Below are positions 49,601 through 59,307 of a DNA stretch of 64,000 nucleotides, in pieces (positions within the stretch are counted from its first letter, which is position 1; the number at the start of each line of letters is the position of its first letter). The translations under genes and the position numbers were made by a program. The stretch is from an uncultured delta proteobacterium (GTDB lineage: Bacteria > Myxococcota > B64-G9). Where the stretch lies: assembly GCA_963754925.1 (NCBI GenBank), contig CAVWHX010000004.1:1056001-1120000 (forward strand), written 5' to 3'. The notes under the pieces are model-generated. The model was not told the origin of the DNA. It saw only the letters and a program-made list of their open reading frames with translations, and made no database searches.

Positions 49601-50972
49601 GACTGAATTCGTCGATGAGGTGTACGTTGAGTCGCGCGGCCTGTTCGGCGAGAAACGAACCGGTTCCGGCAGCGCACACTCGGTTTAAGGTAAAGTCGCT
49701 GAGTTTTCCGTTTTCAACCAGGAGCAGCTTGGCGTCCTGCCCACCGATCTCAATAATGGTATCGACCTGCGGATCCAGTGCGAGCGAGGCTTTAAGCTGC
49801 GCGGTAATCTCGTCTTTGACGACATCAGCACGGCAGGCGAGAGCGGCCACCTGACGCCCAGAACCGGTCACCCCACAACCCAGCACGCCGCGCCCGTGAG
49901 ACGCTGCAGCTGCGAGCGTCGCCAGCACCTGCCCCAGGGCGACGAGCGGCCGGCCCTCGGTGGCGACATACTCGTGGGCCACCAACCTGCCCTGGACATC
50001 GAGCAGAACGCCTTTCGTGCTTACCGAACCGAGGTCAAGGCCGAGGTACACTCCGTTGCATGGATCACCGGCCTTTGTCGATACGATTTGGTTGTTTGGC
50101 TGGCGCAGTGGCTTTAAGCGGGCGGTTTGGGGGGCTCGATCCTGGAGCTGTTTTTCAAGATCAACAACACAAACCGACTTAAAGCGTGCCGCCGGAAGCC
50201 GCCTCGCGGTCAGCGCCGCGCCGATGGCGCCCATCACCGCATGGTGCTCCGGCAGCAGCCAATCGCCGTCGGATAGACCGAGCAGCTCGATGAAGGCCCG
50301 GCGCACGCCAGCGTTTTTCGCAACACCGCCGCAGAGGACAATCGGCTTTTTGGGCGCACGGCCATGCAGCAAGTTAGCTATGTAGTTACGGGCAAGCGCG
50401 AAACATAGGCCGGCGGCTATTTCGTCGGGCGAGGCGCCCTCTTGCTGGTGGTGAATCATGTCGCTCTTCGCGAAAACCGCGCAGCGCGAGGCGACCGAGA
50501 CGATATTTTTTGCAGTCGCGGCGATTGACCCGAGCGTGGCTACATTAATGCCCAAGCGCGTGGCTTGCTGATCGAGGAAGGCGCCCGTTCCGGCCGCGCA
50601 TACATCGTTGAAAGCGTGATCAAAGAGGTCGCCACCTTCATCGAGCTGGATGAGCTTTGAATCCTGCCCGCCGATCTCAATAACGGTGCGCGCCCCGGGA
50701 CACAGCGTCGCCACCGCCGTGGCATGGGCTAGAATCTCGCTGGTTGAGGCAACGCCGGGCAGGGTGCTGATCAGGGTTTTTCCACTGCCGGTGGCCACCA
50801 CTCGATCGAACGTTGTACAGCCGGTTTGCTCCTGGAGCTCTTTCAGGCCGGCACGAAGCGCCATAAGCGGCGCTCCAGCGCTTCGGGCATAGGAGACAAA
50901 TCGGATTGAACCGTCATCGGTGAGAACGGCCAGCTTAACACTGACGGACCCGATGTCAAGACCGAGATTCAT
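46698..50972 (-). CDS. Second CoA-activase/reductase fusion, PlsA/Ger-like (1424 aa)
   Basis: GLDIGSVSVK and GLDLGSVSTK, EIGGQD twice, CAAGTG twice, C.HC.N.C, FGCGPDS, LELDEH, GPC and CHNCMIG. Confidence 0.9.
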   Translation of the reverse strand: MNLGLDIGSVSVKLAVLTDDGSIRFVSYARSAGAPLMALRAGLKELQEQTGCTTFDRVVATGSGKTLISTLPGVASTSEILAHATAVATLCPGARTVIEIGGQDSKLIQLDEGGDLFDHAFNDVCAAGTGAFLDQQATRLGINVATLGSIAATAKNIVSVASRCAVFAKSDMIHHQQEGASPDEIAAGLCFALARNYIANLLHGRAPKKPIVLCGGVAKNAGVRRAFIELLGLSDGDWLLPEHHAVMGAIGAALTARRLPAARFKSVCVVDLEKQLQDRAPQTARLKPLRQPNNQIVSTKAGDPCNGVYLGLDLGSVSTKGVLLDVQGRLVAHEYVATEGRPLVALGQVLATLAAAASHGRGVLGCGVTGSGRQVAALACRADVVKDEITAQLKASLALDPQVDTIIEIGGQDAKLLLVENGKLSDFTLNRVCAAGTGSFLAEQAARLNVHLIDEFSRKAFSSSLPVALGSRCTVFMDSDLIHHQQQGCRRDDLLAGLAFSVAQNYFEHVVEGRTLGKRIWFQGGVAANEAVVAAFEALLGQPVRVHPYHALTGAVGAALLAAEHHRATARPSTFIGFDNARSSATTQYFTCTHCHNSCEVIQVRMDGTRALAFGGGCDRYEDEGRRADIIHHTRFVRATRAALDETITKQPENLPSAGAIGYPRALWNIPLMPFWVGFFNTLGRRLVPSTVSTRELYRRGLAGVLSEQCFGVKLAIGHVRNLIDRHETALDRKNALDLAVAVDRQIAVDRQIAVDRQIDWIFLPSYASLPPPTGEEHNVLNSTPCTYAQTLPDLARAGFPKARLLSPRLDLGRFPQNSESQRLWRHFGRMLGCTRGEIEQAVAAGFKNLAAFHDRLREIGRQALLEIKDQAAVVLIGRPYQLHDPLLSFALPTRIAGCGFTVIPAEVLPVEQIALGEGWTRLYWRACRDNLRTIQWLDDRPHLLPVVVTAFGCGPDSFAGRYLKENRGSKPLLTLELDEHTAEAGLITRLQAYLGSASVATRTAPGQKGFTPLPHHQKVLAGRVVYIPRFAEHALVLRAAFEREGVEARVLPPIDRAALVLGRAHSWGRECNPFAYLLGNVLSFLSRSDQNLSRARLFLLSTAGPCLLSQFPAGFELALRTLGFADVVVDDAPGAEYRNYFSLPTMIRAWEGMIAVEILNQLRTQCRPFERKNGLVDRAHAESLEDLDDAIVRGTVAACLQRSRERFQGATGPRDPERPQVAVVGDIFTRISPIANADLFRRIEALGCVVRTPPMFSDTLWHDGFGSVLSAVRRGEKKAAIQNALLFAIQTMTALKLQSRRGFGEGFGVHLRGWSWWTVDRRLKNRLIHDVDGTLAQNINLALEAIHTGADGVINAICHNCMIGMVSDTLLKRLSEEPGSPPIATLSFDGLQETNTDTRLEALCERAHMRKRQNQTRVSKRIF
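48695..48748. repeat. Three tandem 18-bp in-frame repeats (AVDRQI)
   Basis: CGATCTGACGATCGACTG x3. Confidence 0.95.
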
Positions 50973-51006
50973 AGCGGCCGATACTTCAGGTTAAGAAGAG
51001 CTGATG

Positions 51007-51955
51007 TTACAATTGGACGCGGTATGCGGCGCCAATGATGAGCGAAAACCAATTCGCTCTAGCATCGTTAAGATCCGGGAATCCCGTGTCCACAAAGAGA
51101 TCGAGATCTCCAATGAGGGTATACTGTACCCTTAACGTAAGCGGGATAAGGGTTCCGCCGGTATCCTCTCGAGCCTTGACGTGGAACCCCGTCGTGAGAC
51201 GAAACCCCAAGGGCTCAATTGGCTGGACCAGCACACCCATATCGAAGTTATAGAGAAATGCGCCAAAGCCATTGCCGACCTGAAAACCCATTCCGGTTCC
51301 TGCCACTACTGCAAATACGTCATGTATTTTGAACTTGGCGAGACCGTCCACCAGCATCCAGAAATTACCGTATGGTCCGTCGTAGAGGTCATTATCAAAG
51401 TGTGTGTTGAACGTAATCCGAGCAGCGACCCGAAGCCTGTCTTCAAAAAAAGGGCCGAACTCATAGAGCCCGTAAATAGGTATGCGGCCGGCGTGAACCT
51501 CGGGTGAAAGCGATATGGGGAGACGTTGAATATTTTCCTCATACATCGGGGTATCGAAGATCCCGATGCCGATTTCAAAATGATCGGCCGGACTAAAAGA
51601 TACGGCAAGGTCAATGCCCACCACGTTGTTGTATGACGCGGTGCCCCTTTTTAAGTTTAAAGAAATTCATCCCGAGATCGGCTTCAGGTCTAATCATCAG
51701 TCGCGGCATCGCCAGGGGTCTATCGACCTCACTGATGGGATAGGTGTTCGTGGTCACCTGAGGAACCGGCATGAGAATTGGCTCGGGTTCGGTTGCCGGG
51801 GGTTTTTCAGTGGTTACACCCTGGGATTCGTTGGTGACGCCTTGAGATTCGCTGGCTGCGCCCTGAGTTTCGGTGTTTGCGTCTTGAGCGACGACCAACG
51901 GGCTCACCATCCAGCAAACGATTCCTGACAGAAGAATAACGATACTTTTTTTCAT
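51007..51955 (-). CDS. Probable outer-membrane beta-barrel protein (frameshift near 51650)
   Basis: Signal peptide MKKSIVILL...VVAQ and YP..EVDRPL.MP, continuing in another frame into beta-strand-rich sequence ending IGAAYRVQL. The break lies at the AAAAAGGGG run. Confidence 0.6.
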
Positions 51956-52046
51956 GATAGCACCTCCCTCAATGGACAACACTGCCGGTCTGGCGTCACC
52001 AAGCCAAAACACTACCCGTACCCTCAGCCACCAGTTTATGGGGTAA

Positions 52047-52117
52047 CTGAGGCGGAAGGATTCGAACCTTCATAAACGGATCCAAAGTCCGTTGTCCTGC
52101 CATTAGACGACGCCTCA
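52047..52117 (-). tRNA. tRNA-Gln (TTG), CCA not encoded
   Basis: Cloverleaf TGAGGCG-TC-GTCTAATGGCAGGAC-A-ACGGA CTTTGGA TCCGT-TTAT-GAAGG TTCGAAT CCTTC-CGCCTCA-G. Confidence 0.96.
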
Positions 52118-52243
52118 TTCAGCGCCCCTACGCCTACCAACAACCACAGGGTCAAGTCAACTGAATCTCGCCGCCTTGGCAATCGGAATTGATTCTCTGT
52201 TCTATTCAGAATATAAGGCTCATTAAGGGGAGGAGTGTGGTGC

Positions 52244-52534
52244 ATGATCAAAAAGGTTATTTGGTTAGTCATTTTGGTGGCGATTGGCTATGTCGGCTAT
52301 CGCATCTGGCAAAACCTCAATGATCAGGAGCGGACGGCCGTAAAAACCAAGGCTGGCGAAGTGTTTGATACAACCACCGAAGGCCTCAAGGGGGTAGCCG
52401 ACAAACTCACCGAGACGACCAAGGAGTCGATAGACAAGCACCTCCTCAAAGAAACGCTTCCGGCTGAAGAGAAGCCGCGGCAGTCAGTCAAAACGAAGAC
52501 GACCACGCCGGCCCAGGATGCCAAGAAACCGTGA
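52244..52534 (+). CDS. Small membrane-anchored hypothetical protein
   Basis: SD GGAGGAG, N-terminal TM (VIWLVILVAIGYVGY) and a K/T/E-rich helix. Confidence 0.75.
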   Translation: MIKKVIWLVILVAIGYVGYRIWQNLNDQERTAVKTKAGEVFDTTTEGLKGVADKLTETTKESIDKHLLKETLPAEEKPRQSVKTKTTTPAQDAKKP

Positions 52535-52588
52535 TCGATCCGGGGTGCGTGGAGGTTGATTACGGGATCCGACCGAGGGCCGCGGCGA

Positions 52589-55500
52589 CTACTTTTGCAG
52601 GCATCGGACGGTAAGGACGTTCTCGCGCAAGCGGCGGATGCCCTCAACCGCGGCGCGGGCTGCCGAGAGCGTGGAGATGATCGGCACGCGGTGCTCGATA
52701 GCCGCCCGACGCAATGCATGCTCGTCGTAAAATGACGACCCTCCGAGCGGCGTGTTGATCATGAGATCCACTTCGTGGTTGTGGATCGCGTCGGCGATAT
52801 TCGGACGGCCCTCGTTGACCTTGTACACTTTGATTACTTTAAGTCCGCTGCGCTCGAGACGCTCGGCGTTTCCGCGGGTGGCCATGAGGGTAAAACCCAG
52901 CTCGGCGAACTCGCGGGCGATTGATACGACTTCGTCCTTGTCACGGTCGTTGACCGAAATGCACACCGTCCCGTGCACGGGCAGCGTCTGGCCGGCGGAC
53001 ATCATGCCTTTCGCAAAGGCGAGTCCAAACTCTACATCCGTGCCGTACGCCTCACCGGTGGAGCGCATCTCCGGGCCGAGTATGGGGTCGAATCCGGGAA
53101 AACGATCGAAGGGGAAGACCGGTACTTTGATGGCGAAACCGAGCGACCGTGGTTCCTCGCGCAGGCCAAGTTCTGCAAGCGTGTGGCCCACCATTATTTT
53201 GGCGGCCAACTTGGCGAAGGGGATCCCGCAGGCCTTTGACAAAAAGGGCACCGTACGGCTTGCTCGTGGATTGACTTCCAGTACGTACACATGGTCTTCG
53301 AAAATGGCGTACTGCACATTCATCAAACCGCGCACCTGAAGATCGAGTCCCAAGAGTTTGGTGTGCCGGCGGATCGTCTCGAGGTGTTTTTGTTTAACTT
53401 TCCAGGTGGGCAGCACCGCCACCGAATCGCCCGAGTGGATGCCAGCTTCCTCGAGATGTTCCATGATCCCGCAGATGACCACGTCTTGACCGTCGCCTAA
53501 CGCATCAACGTCGATCTCGAACGCGTCCTCGAGGAAACGGTCGACCAGGATCGCCCGACCTGACGAGGCCTTCACGGCGTTGTCCAGGTATTCGCCCAAG
53601 CGGCTGTCATCGTAGCAGACCGCCATAGCTTGGCCGCCCAGGACGTACGATGGCCGCACCAGCACCGGATAGCCGAGGCGGTGCGCTACCGCGCGCGCCT
53701 CGTCGATGTTGTTGGCGGTGCCGTAGTCGGGGCGGGAGATGCCCAGCCGATCCAGCAACGCTCCGAAGCGCCCTCTGTCCTCGGCCAGATCAATGGCCTC
53801 GGGCGATGTCCCTAAAATAGTCACCCCAGCCTGCGACAGCGGTCCAGCCAGCGAGAGCGGTGTTGCGCCGCCGAATTGAACTATCAAGCCCTTGGGTTTT
53901 TCCCGGTTGACGATTTCGAGTACGTCTTCGACGGTCAGCGGCTCGAAATACAGGCGATCGGAGATGTCGTAATCGGTCGAGACCGTCTCCGGGTTACAGT
54001 TGACCATGATGGTTTCATAGCCTTCTTCGCGCAGCGCCATGGTTGCATGCACGCAACAACAATCAAACTCGATGCCCTGACCGATACGGTTGGGCCCGCC
54101 GCCCAAGATCATCACTTTCGGCCGATCGCTGGATGAAACCTCGTCCTCATCGTCGTAGGAGGCGTAGTAGTAGGGAGTTTGGGCTGCGAACTCGGCTGCG
54201 CAGGTGTCGACGGTTTTGTACGCCGGGACGATCCCCTGCGCCCGCCGGTAGGCTGCAACCGTGTCTTCGGAAGTCTTGCACAGATACGCCACTTGTATGT
54301 CAGAGAAGCCGGCCCGCTTTGCGATGCGCAGCAGCGAACTCCCCACGGGCCACGGGGTCGAGGCGATCGTTCTTTCGAGTTCCAACAAGTTGTGGATTTG
54401 CTGTAAAAACCACCGGTCGATACGGGTGGCTGCATAGACTTCTTCAAGCGATCGTCCGGCCTCGAAGGCCGCCCGCACCCAAAAAAGCCGATCGGGTCGG
54501 GGGGTTACGAGATTTTCGTGAATACGGTCGGGATCGATCCAATCCTTGCCGTCGGCGCCGAGGCCGGCCCTGCCGACCTCAAGCGAGCGCAGGGCCTTCT
54601 GCAGTGCCTGCTGGAAGGTTCGGCCGATGGACATCACTTCACCAACCGAGCGCATTTGCGTATCCAAGGTATTCGAGGCGCCGGGGAATTTTTTAAACGC
54701 GAACCGGGGCACCTTGACGACCACGTAGTCGAGCGACGGCTCGAAGCTGGCCGGCGTTACCCTGGTGATGTCGTTACGAATCTCGTCGAGGGTCAAGCCG
54801 ACGGCAAGCTTGGCGGCAATTTTGGCGATGGGAAACCCCGTCGCTTTGCTGGCCAGCGCCGACGAGCGCGATACGCGCGGATTCATCTCGATGACCACCG
54901 TGCGACCGGTTTCGGGATGAACCGCAAACTGGATATTAGCGCCGCCGGTCTCAACGCCCACGCGGCGGATGACCCGGCGCGCCAAGTCGCGCATAGCCTG
55001 GTACTCCACATCCGAAAGGGTCATGGCCGGGGCGACGGTAACGGAGTCACCGGTGTGCACACCCATGGGATCGATGTTCTCGATTGAGCAGACCACGACG
55101 AAGCGGTCGCGGCAATCGCGCATCACCTCGAGTTCGTATTCCTTCCAACCCAGGACGCCTTCCTCCACCAGCACCTCGCCGATGGGCGAGGCGGAAATGC
55201 CGCGCCAGACAGCCCTGCGAAGCTCCTCGATGTTGTAGGCCACCCCGCCGCCTTCCCCTCCCAGGGTGAAGCTGGGACGCACGACCACCGGGAATCCAAT
55301 CTCGTGCATCTGCGCGACCGCGGCCTCAGGCGACGAGGCGAGAAACGAACGGGGCATGTCCAGCCCCTCGGCGGCCATAGCTGCTCGAAAGAGCCGCCGA
55401 TCCTCTGCCACGCGGATAGTTTCCAATCGTGCGCCGATCAATCGGGTGCCGCTCTCGCGCAAAATACCCGTTTCAGCGAGCTTGACCGACAGATTGAGCG

Positions 55501-55783
55501 CCGTCTGCCCGCCAACCGTCGGGAGCAACGCGTCCGGGCGCTCGCGCTCGATGATCTTGGCCACCGCCGAGACCGTGAGCGGCTCGATGTAGGTCCGTTC
55601 GGCGACTTCCGGGTCAGTCATGATGGTGGCCGGGTTCGAGTTGACCAGCACCACCGTATAGCCTTCCTCCCGTAACGCCCGCGCAGCCTGGGTTCCCGAG
55701 TAGTCGAACTCGCACGCCTGGCCGATAACAATCGGCCCGGAGCCGATCACCAAGATCTTGTGGATATCATCTCGTCTGGGCAT
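52589..55783 (-). CDS. carB: Carbamoyl-phosphate synthase large subunit
   Basis: [30 protein letters not shown], two ATP-grasp domains and an MGS domain. Confidence 0.98.
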   Translation of the reverse strand: MPRRDDIHKILVIGSGPIVIGQACEFDYSGTQAARALREEGYTVVLVNSNPATIMTDPEVAERTYIEPLTVSAVAKIIERERPDALLPTVGGQTALNLSVKLAETGILRESGTRLIGARLETIRVAEDRRLFRAAMAAEGLDMPRSFLASSPEAAVAQMHEIGFPVVVRPSFTLGGEGGGVAYNIEELRRAVWRGISASPIGEVLVEEGVLGWKEYELEVMRDCRDRFVVVCSIENIDPMGVHTGDSVTVAPAMTLSDVEYQAMRDLARRVIRRVGVETGGANIQFAVHPETGRTVVIEMNPRVSRSSALASKATGFPIAKIAAKLAVGLTLDEIRNDITRVTPASFEPSLDYVVVKVPRFAFKKFPGASNTLDTQMRSVGEVMSIGRTFQQALQKALRSLEVGRAGLGADGKDWIDPDRIHENLVTPRPDRLFWVRAAFEAGRSLEEVYAATRIDRWFLQQIHNLLELERTIASTPWPVGSSLLRIAKRAGFSDIQVAYLCKTSEDTVAAYRRAQGIVPAYKTVDTCAAEFAAQTPYYYASYDDEDEVSSSDRPKVMILGGGPNRIGQGIEFDCCCVHATMALREEGYETIMVNCNPETVSTDYDISDRLYFEPLTVEDVLEIVNREKPKGLIVQFGGATPLSLAGPLSQAGVTILGTSPEAIDLAEDRGRFGALLDRLGISRPDYGTANNIDEARAVAHRLGYPVLVRPSYVLGGQAMAVCYDDSRLGEYLDNAVKASSGRAILVDRFLEDAFEIDVDALGDGQDVVICGIMEHLEEAGIHSGDSVAVLPTWKVKQKHLETIRRHTKLLGLDLQVRGLMNVQYAIFEDHVYVLEVNPRASRTVPFLSKACGIPFAKLAAKIMVGHTLAELGLREEPRSLGFAIKVPVFPFDRFPGFDPILGPEMRSTGEAYGTDVEFGLAFAKGMMSAGQTLPVHGTVCISVNDRDKDEVVSIAREFAELGFTLMATRGNAERLERSGLKVIKVYKVNEGRPNIADAIHNHEVDLMINTPLGGSSFYDEHALRRAAIEHRVPIISTLSAARAAVEGIRRLRENVLTVRCLQK

Positions 55784-55807
55784 TCGAACCACGCTCGCGA
55801 AGCAGGT

Positions 55808-56878
55808 TTAAAACCGATCGAAGATTCCCGTTGCGTCCGATGGTCCAGGACAGGCTTCGGGGTGAAACTGAACCGTCAAGAAACGGCGTTCTGTGGAGGC
55901 AAAACCCTCAAGCGTATGGTCGTAGAGGCTCATATGGGTCACCGCCACGTCCGTGCGTGGCAGCGAGTCTGGATCCACCGCGAACCCATGGTTCTGGGCG
56001 GTGATCCAAATCTCGCCCGTGATCTCGTCGTGCACGGGATGGTTGCCGCCGTGGTGACCGAAGCGCAACTTGTAGGTCTTGCCGCCGAGGGCAAGTGCCA
56101 TGATTTGGTGGCCGAGGCAAATTCCCAACAGGGGCAAGCGGCCGATGAGCGCCCGGGTGGTGTTGATGGCGACGTGCACCGCGGCGGGATCGCCCGGGCC
56201 GTTTGAAAGAACGACGCCGTCCGGTTTTTCGGCCAGCACCTGCTCCGCCGTGGTCAGAGCCGGCAGCACGCGGACCGCGATCCCGCGAGCCGAAAGGTTC
56301 CTGATGATACCCCGCTTGACCCCGTAGTCGAGCAGAACCACGCGGTGGAGCCGGTCCCCCGCGGCCGGATAATCGTAGGGCGCTTTGGTGGTGACCTGAC
56401 CGGTCAGATCGGCGCCGACGAGCGACGGCGAAGCTCGGACTTTTTCAACCGGATCGATGTCAACCGGGGGCGTGGTCCAGATCCCGCCGCGCATGGCGCC
56501 GCACTCGCGGAGATGTCGGGTCAACGCCCGCGTGTCCACCTCGTCAATGCCAACGATGCCGTGATCGGCCAGCCACGATCCCAGATCCCCTTGGCAACGC
56601 CAACTGCTGGCCAGGGGTGAGAGTTCCCGAATCACCACGCCGCTGAGTGCAGGGAGCGCTGCTTGTAGGTCTTGGTCACAAATCCCGTAATTACCGATCT
56701 GCGGGGCGGTAAAGGTAACAATTTGCCCGCAGTAGGAAGGATCGCTGATGATCTCTTGGTAGCCGGTCATACTCGTATTGAAGACCACCTCGCCAAAGGC
56801 CACGCCGCTATGACCGACTCCTCGGCCCCGAAATATGCGGCCATCTTCAAGCACTAAGATCGCTTCAGGGTCACTCAT
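55808..56878 (-). CDS. carA: Carbamoyl-phosphate synthase small subunit (C-terminus probably clipped by a 1-nt indel)
   Basis: LEDG..F.G, GEVVFNTSMTGYQE, LSNGPGDP, GICLGHQ and QFHPE. Confidence 0.97.
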   Translation of the reverse strand: MSDPEAILVLEDGRIFRGRGVGHSGVAFGEVVFNTSMTGYQEIISDPSYCGQIVTFTAPQIGNYGICDQDLQAALPALSGVVIRELSPLASSWRCQGDLGSWLADHGIVGIDEVDTRALTRHLRECGAMRGGIWTTPPVDIDPVEKVRASPSLVGADLTGQVTTKAPYDYPAAGDRLHRVVLLDYGVKRGIIRNLSARGIAVRVLPALTTAEQVLAEKPDGVVLSNGPGDPAAVHVAINTTRALIGRLPLLGICLGHQIMALALGGKTYKLRFGHHGGNHPVHDEITGEIWITAQNHGFAVDPDSLPRTDVAVTHMSLYDHTLEGFASTERRFLTVQFHPEACPGPSDATGIFDRF

Positions 56879-57008
56879 GCGCTCCCCACATTGCACGACC
56901 AGGACCGTCTGTCAAGATCAGCTGTCAACACACCCTGCTCCTGGCGGAAAAACGCAGTGAGGCGCTCGGCGCTCATCGCGCTGGCGCGGCACTGGTCCGT
57001 TCCGCGGC

Positions 57009-58247
57009 CTATCCAAACGTATAGTGAAAATCATGGCTGTTGAAACGCCCTTCCAAAATCGCGAGCGTGTCCTCGGCAATGACCAACTCTTCATTGGTGG
57101 GAACGACGAGGACCTTTGTTTGACTGCGTTCGGTCGTTATGAATTCCTCGCGCAGGCCGCCAACGGCCTTGTTGTTGGCGGCAGGATCAAGTTCAATGCC
57201 TAAAAATTCCAAGCCTTCCAGCGTGCGCGCTCGAATGAACGGTGCGTTTTCTCCGACGCCGGCGGTAAAGATGACGCCGTCAAGGCCGCCCATGATCGCG
57301 GCGTACGAGCCGATCGCTTTCTTCAGGGTGCGCGACTCGACATCAATCGCGAGCCGGCAGCGCCGGTCCCCGGTGTCCGCGGCTTGTATGATCTCGCGCC
57401 GATCGTAAAAGCGGCCGGTTATTCCCAGCAGACCACTGTGCTTGTTGAGCATACCGTCCATTTCATCGGGGCTGGTTCCCTCGCGCTGCATGAGCCACAG
57501 CGGGATGGCCGGATCGATGGATCCACACCGCGTGCCCATCACCAAACCTTCAAGCGGGGTGAAGCCCATCGAGGTGTCCACTGACCGACCCCGGCAAACC
57601 GCCGCCGCCGAGGCGCCGTTGCCCACGTGGAGGGAGACCAGGCGGAGCGAGTCATACGGTCGGCCCAGGAGGACGGCGGCGCGTCGAGAGACGTACAAGT
57701 GGCTGGTGCCGTGAAAGCCATAGCGCCGGATTCCATAGGTCTCATACCAGGCGTACGGCAGCGGGTAGAGATACGCTTCGGCTGGCATGCTCTGGTGAAA
57801 CGCGGTATCGAAGACCGCAACCTGCGGGATACCGGGAAGCAGGTGCGCAGCGGCGCGGATGCCAGCTAGGTTGGGTGGATTGTGGAGCGGCGCAAGCACC
57901 GAAAGCTGCTCGAGTGTTCCGATCATCTCCGCGGTAATGAGCGCGCTGCTGGCGAAGTGCTCGCCGCCATGGACGGTACGGTGGCCGACCGCCTGAATTT
58001 CGCGTCGATCGCGTATGGCTGGCGACTGACCGTTCGTAAGCATGTCCAACACCAGGTCAACGGCGGCGACATGATCGGAGCAGTCGCGCGCAAGCGTAAG
58101 CTGGAGGTCGGCAGCGCTGTGCCTCAGAATCGTTCCGGATATCCCCACGCGCTCCACTACTCCCCGACAGGCGAAAGCTTTGAGCGATGGTGCATACAGA
58201 GCGTATTTAACCGATGAGGAGCCGCAATTGAGGGTCAGGATACTCAT
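57009..58247 (-). CDS. ackA: Acetate kinase
   Basis: LNCGSSSVKY, GHRTVHGG, APLHNP, VFDTAFH, YGFHGTSH, MGTRCG, FTAGVGEN and PTNEE. Confidence 0.97.
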   Translation of the reverse strand: MSILTLNCGSSSVKYALYAPSLKAFACRGVVERVGISGTILRHSAADLQLTLARDCSDHVAAVDLVLDMLTNGQSPAIRDRREIQAVGHRTVHGGEHFASSALITAEMIGTLEQLSVLAPLHNPPNLAGIRAAAHLLPGIPQVAVFDTAFHQSMPAEAYLYPLPYAWYETYGIRRYGFHGTSHLYVSRRAAVLLGRPYDSLRLVSLHVGNGASAAAVCRGRSVDTSMGFTPLEGLVMGTRCGSIDPAIPLWLMQREGTSPDEMDGMLNKHSGLLGITGRFYDRREIIQAADTGDRRCRLAIDVESRTLKKAIGSYAAIMGGLDGVIFTAGVGENAPFIRARTLEGLEFLGIELDPAANNKAVGGLREEFITTERSQTKVLVVPTNEELVIAEDTLAILEGRFNSHDFHYTFG

Positions 58248-58499
58248 GGTTAATATTTCACCCGTGCTGTAGCAACAGGGATGATCTTGTTTCTGCCTGA
58301 AGGTAACGACGGATACGTTCGGGTCAATGCGTCCATCTCGGGTCCAGAAGACTATCATACCCTTGGCATTCTTGACAATCATGTATTTACGGCAATATCG
58401 TGATATACTTGATGTCGTCTTTGTGGATGGTACTACTATGAGCGCCGGGGCAACTGTTATCAACCGTTATAACGGTTAAGTACTAACGGCGGAGGGTAC

Positions 58500-59285
58500 A
58501 TGGTCGAAAAGGGATCGGGTGTTGAGAGACGGCAACACAACCGTGCGCCGATGATGCTCAAAGTGGCTTCCCGTGATACCCGGACCATGTTGAATGTCTT
58601 TACTGAAAATATTTCCCAAGGGGGCGTCTTCATAGCAACCAACGAACAATTTAGCGTTGGCGAGGAAGTGGAATTTGAGATCTCCTTTCCGGGATTGCTT
58701 GATCCGATTCCTATGAAAGGTTTGGTAAAGTGGAGCCGTAAGTCCCTCTCACTTGACGAGCCGGCCGGGATCGGCATCGAGTTTCTCTCGAGCCACTCAG
58801 CCGGCGCCAATTCCTTTTTTCAGCTGGTGGCTAACATAGAGTCGGGTGGAAAGCAGCGGGACGAGGTTTCTGAAATTGTCTTTCGGGTGCTCCTGGTCGA
58901 GGATAACGCCGTGGTGCGCGACATGTTCCGCTATGGGGTTGAAAAGATCTCCTTGCGCCAACGCGCCATCCGGGCGCGGGTCGAAGTCGAGGAGGCCGGT
59001 GACGGGAAAGAGGCCTGGACCATACTCAAATCTCGGCCGTTTCATCTGGTGATTCTTGATCTGTATATGCCGGTTATGGATGGTGCGCAATTGATTGAGC
59101 TGGTACGCAAAGATGAGCAGCTCAAGGATCTGATCATCCTGGTGGTCAGTGCGGGGGGCATTGAGGGAAAGGACCTCGCCAAGCACTATGGCGCCGACGC
59201 GTATCTTGACAAACCCATCAAGCTCAAGGACATGACCGAGACCATCGCCACCCTCTTGGCGGTAGGGCAGCGTCCCAAACGATGA
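58500..59285 (+). CDS. PilZ domain + receiver domain protein
   Basis: ERRQHNR and NISQGG PilZ motifs, then LLVED, ILDLYMP and DKP receiver motifs. Confidence 0.9.
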   Translation: MVEKGSGVERRQHNRAPMMLKVASRDTRTMLNVFTENISQGGVFIATNEQFSVGEEVEFEISFPGLLDPIPMKGLVKWSRKSLSLDEPAGIGIEFLSSHSAGANSFFQLVANIESGGKQRDEVSEIVFRVLLVEDNAVVRDMFRYGVEKISLRQRAIRARVEVEEAGDGKEAWTILKSRPFHLVILDLYMPVMDGAQLIELVRKDEQLKDLIILVVSAGGIEGKDLAKHYGADAYLDKPIKLKDMTETIATLLAVGQRPKR

Positions 59286-59307
59286 AGGATTTCTAGAGAG
59301 ATGTGCC

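Noticed and set aside
51960..52120. Prophage or island integrated at tRNA-Gln
   Set aside because: I found no integrase and no direct repeat of the tRNA 3' end in the window.
58248..58463. N-terminal extension of AckA (490-aa-class ORF start at 58463)
   Set aside because: The family N-terminus begins at the ATG at 58247. The upstream DNA looks like a divergent promoter region.
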